A stretch of 64,000 nt of DNA from Eledone cirrhosa (lineage: Eukaryota), in the NCBI GenBank assembly GCA_964016885.1, contig OZ024742.1:210800001-210864000 (forward strand), given 5' to 3'. The notes under the pieces were generated by a model. The model saw only the letters and a list, made by a program, of their open reading frames with translations. It was not told the DNA's origin and ran no database searches. Positions within the stretch are counted from its first letter, which is position 1. Each line of letters opens with the position of its first letter. Shown piece by piece: positions 61,171 to 64,000 of this stretch. Made by a program: the position numbers and the translations under genes.

Positions 61171-61177
61171 GATCATT

Positions 61178-61368
61178 GCGATGGATTGGCAGTATCGGTA
61201 GAGGGTCGGACGCCTTGCTTTGATGCGTAGAGTTATGGCCCTTGCCATTCTGAGTTCAAATCCCGCTGAGGTTAACTTTGCCTTTCATCCTTACGGAGTT
61301 GATAAAATAAAGTACCAGTAATACACTGGGTAATTGCTGGCCTTGTACCAAAAGTAGAAACAATTATT
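61178..61368 (+). mobile_element. SINE family 1
   Basis: Full consensus. Confidence 0.85.
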
Positions 61369-61376
61369 ATATACAG

Positions 61377-61409
<33 letters not shown>

Positions 61410-62429
61410 ATACACATACACACATATGTGTATACACATACACATACCCACATATATAGTGTGAACAATAGAATGAAAAAAACCCAAAACAAAAGAAGAT
61501 ATGGTATAAGTTGAAATTATTAGATTGATGCCATGAAAAAGAATTAATTAGAATGTTTTAGGCTACCCACTTCATTGAGGAAATATAAAAAGAAATGTGG
61601 TAAAAATGCAAATTGTTTACTGTAGGATCTCCTTGTTAACAGACCTTACAATCATGACTAATGCCACATGAAAATGGGCTTCTTCCATTGCCTTCCACTG
61701 ATGCGACATCAGTTTCCCCTTTCACTTCAAGTGCATGACCTCTGATCTAACAATCACTTCACACATCCTCATTCCATGTCAATGTCGTCCATCCATCTAG
61801 GCAGACATTGCTCCCGCCGTAAATTTCACAAAGCTATAGCCCTGATCTTGTATTCTTCTTGTTTATTATCATCTAATAAGCCAACAACCCTGCATACATC
61901 CAGAATGTTATGTGGCATTCCGTCTACTGAAACATTGTTTCAAGAATTCACATCTGTCACTATTCCCTTCCCTGCATGAGATCCACGAAAATATATCTAA
62001 CCACCTCAACTGATGCCACATGAAACAGGGCCTGTCTCATTCCTTTCTGTTCATGTGTTATCACTGCCTGTGCTCAACCACAGGAAAGATAAGAAATCAG
62101 AAAAACAAATAGTTTGAGGCAAGTTTCCACATATATTCAGGTTACATTTTGTTGCTGTTATTTGAATTCCATGCATGGCCATCATGTCATTTTAAACGTA
62201 TCATTTTATGTGTCCTTTCTTGTTTTAAGATAGTGGAGTGTAATTTGTGAAGATTTAATTGTTGTTTCTAGTATGTTGATTTATCACAACAAAACTTTCT
62301 CTCATTGGTTTGAAGTAAACTTGGTTGTTGTTTAGCCCTAGATCAGCCCTGAACTCATGATCTGTGAGTCAATAATTTAGTACATTTTCTAGTTAGTAGA
62401 GAGTGACAACTAGCAGATAGTAATAGTAA

Positions 62430-62750
62430 AGACCTCTTTCAGTCACGATTGACCATGGGATTTGCACCTAGAAAGTTCCCCCGAGGCACAAGTCTGGGCA
62501 TGGTTGTTTGTGGAAGATCAGCAGTCGCCCCTGCTTACCAGCCTTCACTCTCCATGCCATCGATGTTGTCCAAAGGAAAGACAATGTCAGTACAGCTTGG
62601 CACCAGTGATGTTGCAACTCACTTCTATAGCTAAGTAAATTGGAGCAATGTGAAATAAAGTGTCTTGCTCAAGGACACAATGCACTACCCAGTCTGGGAA
62701 TCAAACTCACATCTCACAATTGCAAGCGCAATGCTCTAACCACTAAACCA
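62430..62750 (-). mobile_element. tRNA-head SINE (family 2-related, different tail)
   Basis: The reverse complement begins TGGTTTAGTGGTTAGAGCA and contains GTCCTTGAGCAAGACACTTTATTTCACATTGCTCC. Confidence 0.7.
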
Positions 62751-63128
62751 TAATAGTATGTTTCTTTTATATTATGCCCTTGGAAAAGACATTTAACTCT
62801 GAATAGCTCAAATCAGCTAACTATAAGATGAATGTCATGCAAAGTTATAGAACAAAAAGACTGTATAACTTACAGTTTATAGTACTAAGTTGAAAGTTTT
62901 TTTATAGAAACTAGCATTCCTACCACAGGTGGAAAATGTTTGTTAAATTCTTAATAGCATAAGCATATGGTTCTGAGTTTGATTCTAATGCTTGGAACCT
63001 TGGGCAAGTATCTTCTAGCCAAAAAGGCCATGACATTGAAAGGTTTCCTCTGGCTAAGTTCTAAAAAGATTTACCTGAAAAACATTTCTCAGGATCACAT
63101 ACCAATCCCAAAATATTTTCTACCTTAA

Positions 63129-63568
63129 TCCTTTAGCATTTAAACCAGCCATATCCGACCAGAATTCTCTCACCTCTTTCTGTTCAAACTGCCCATAACC
63201 AGCTACTCAGTTTGAACAGAAAGAGGTGAGAGAATTCTGGCCTTATGATTAGGTATTGTTCTCAAAATAAATAATATCAAAATTTCATAGATTTGATATT
63301 ATTTACCATGAAAATTTATCATTTGTTGTGCTCATAGTTTGCGCAGAGAGGTAAGAACAAAAATGGCGTATACATACAAATTTATATGCGAACACATTCA
63401 ACACAGTTTATATCACATACAAATCTCATACATATATATACAGTATATACAACCGAAAAAGTTTGGAGACATAAATATAGAAACTTATCTGATACAAAGT
63501 CCTCATAACAATTGCACACTTTTATGAAAATATAATAATAAATATAGAGTAATGTAAATGCTAAAGGG
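63129..63568. mobile_element. piggyBac-type MITE (family 1), reverse orientation, with an internal insertion
   Basis: TTAA-TCCTTTAGCATTT...AAATGCTAAAGGG-TTAA. Confidence 0.75.
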
Positions 63569-64000
63569 TTAACTGTGTGAACTGGGAAATGTAAATTTGT
63601 TTACTTTGCTGGTTCTGCCCTAACCATCATTCTTATCTAGTGGCATAAATTTGTAAAAATCTACCTACTCAGACACTGATCAGAAATTCTCAGGTTTACT
63701 TAAAGCTCACCTGCTGATGCATCTACACACTCTGCCAGCCAGAGAAGCAGACACTGTCCTTATTGCCTTCCGCTATGTGACATCATTGGTCTCCATACTT
63801 CCAGCAAGACACCTATAATGCCACACTGTATATTGATTGAATCTCTAGGGACATATATAAGAACCAAGTAATAAAGCTCACAGCTTACAACCCTGACTCA
63901 CACTCGATAACATAAGGAACCACTAATAGGAAGAATACGATCGTGAATACAAGCAACCGAAATGGGATTCCTCTGAAGGGTTTTTGGATGTTACTTGGTA

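Overview
AT-rich, microsatellite-dense eukaryotic genomic DNA. The SINE and LINE repertoire suggests a coleoid cephalopod, probably an octopod (inference). The only host gene is a + strand TBC1D16-like Rab-GAP, with coding exons at 32918/33025-33222 and 57506-58847 and a possible upstream exon near 17087-17132. The rest is intronic or intergenic. It holds one apparently intact full-length RTE LINE (49332-52448, APE + RT with a C4HC3 PHD-like finger inside the RT), many truncated RTE copies from at least three subfamilies, R4/Dong and CR1/Jockey fragments, two tRNA-type SINE families, piggyBac, hAT and Tc1 MITEs, and a 4.1 kb 34-bp minisatellite. The most striking unannotated signal is a set of unrelated short non-coding elements sitting in (TA)n tracts. 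Most are asymmetric fold-backs and carry type-I hammerhead ribozymes with short, mostly palindromic stem III (about 18.6-18.9, 21.1, 40.3-40.5, 44.1, 44.6, 46.1 and 59.9 kb), in some cases on both strands. This matches Penelope-like pLTR or retrozyme-type elements. All calls were made by eye; no searches were run.
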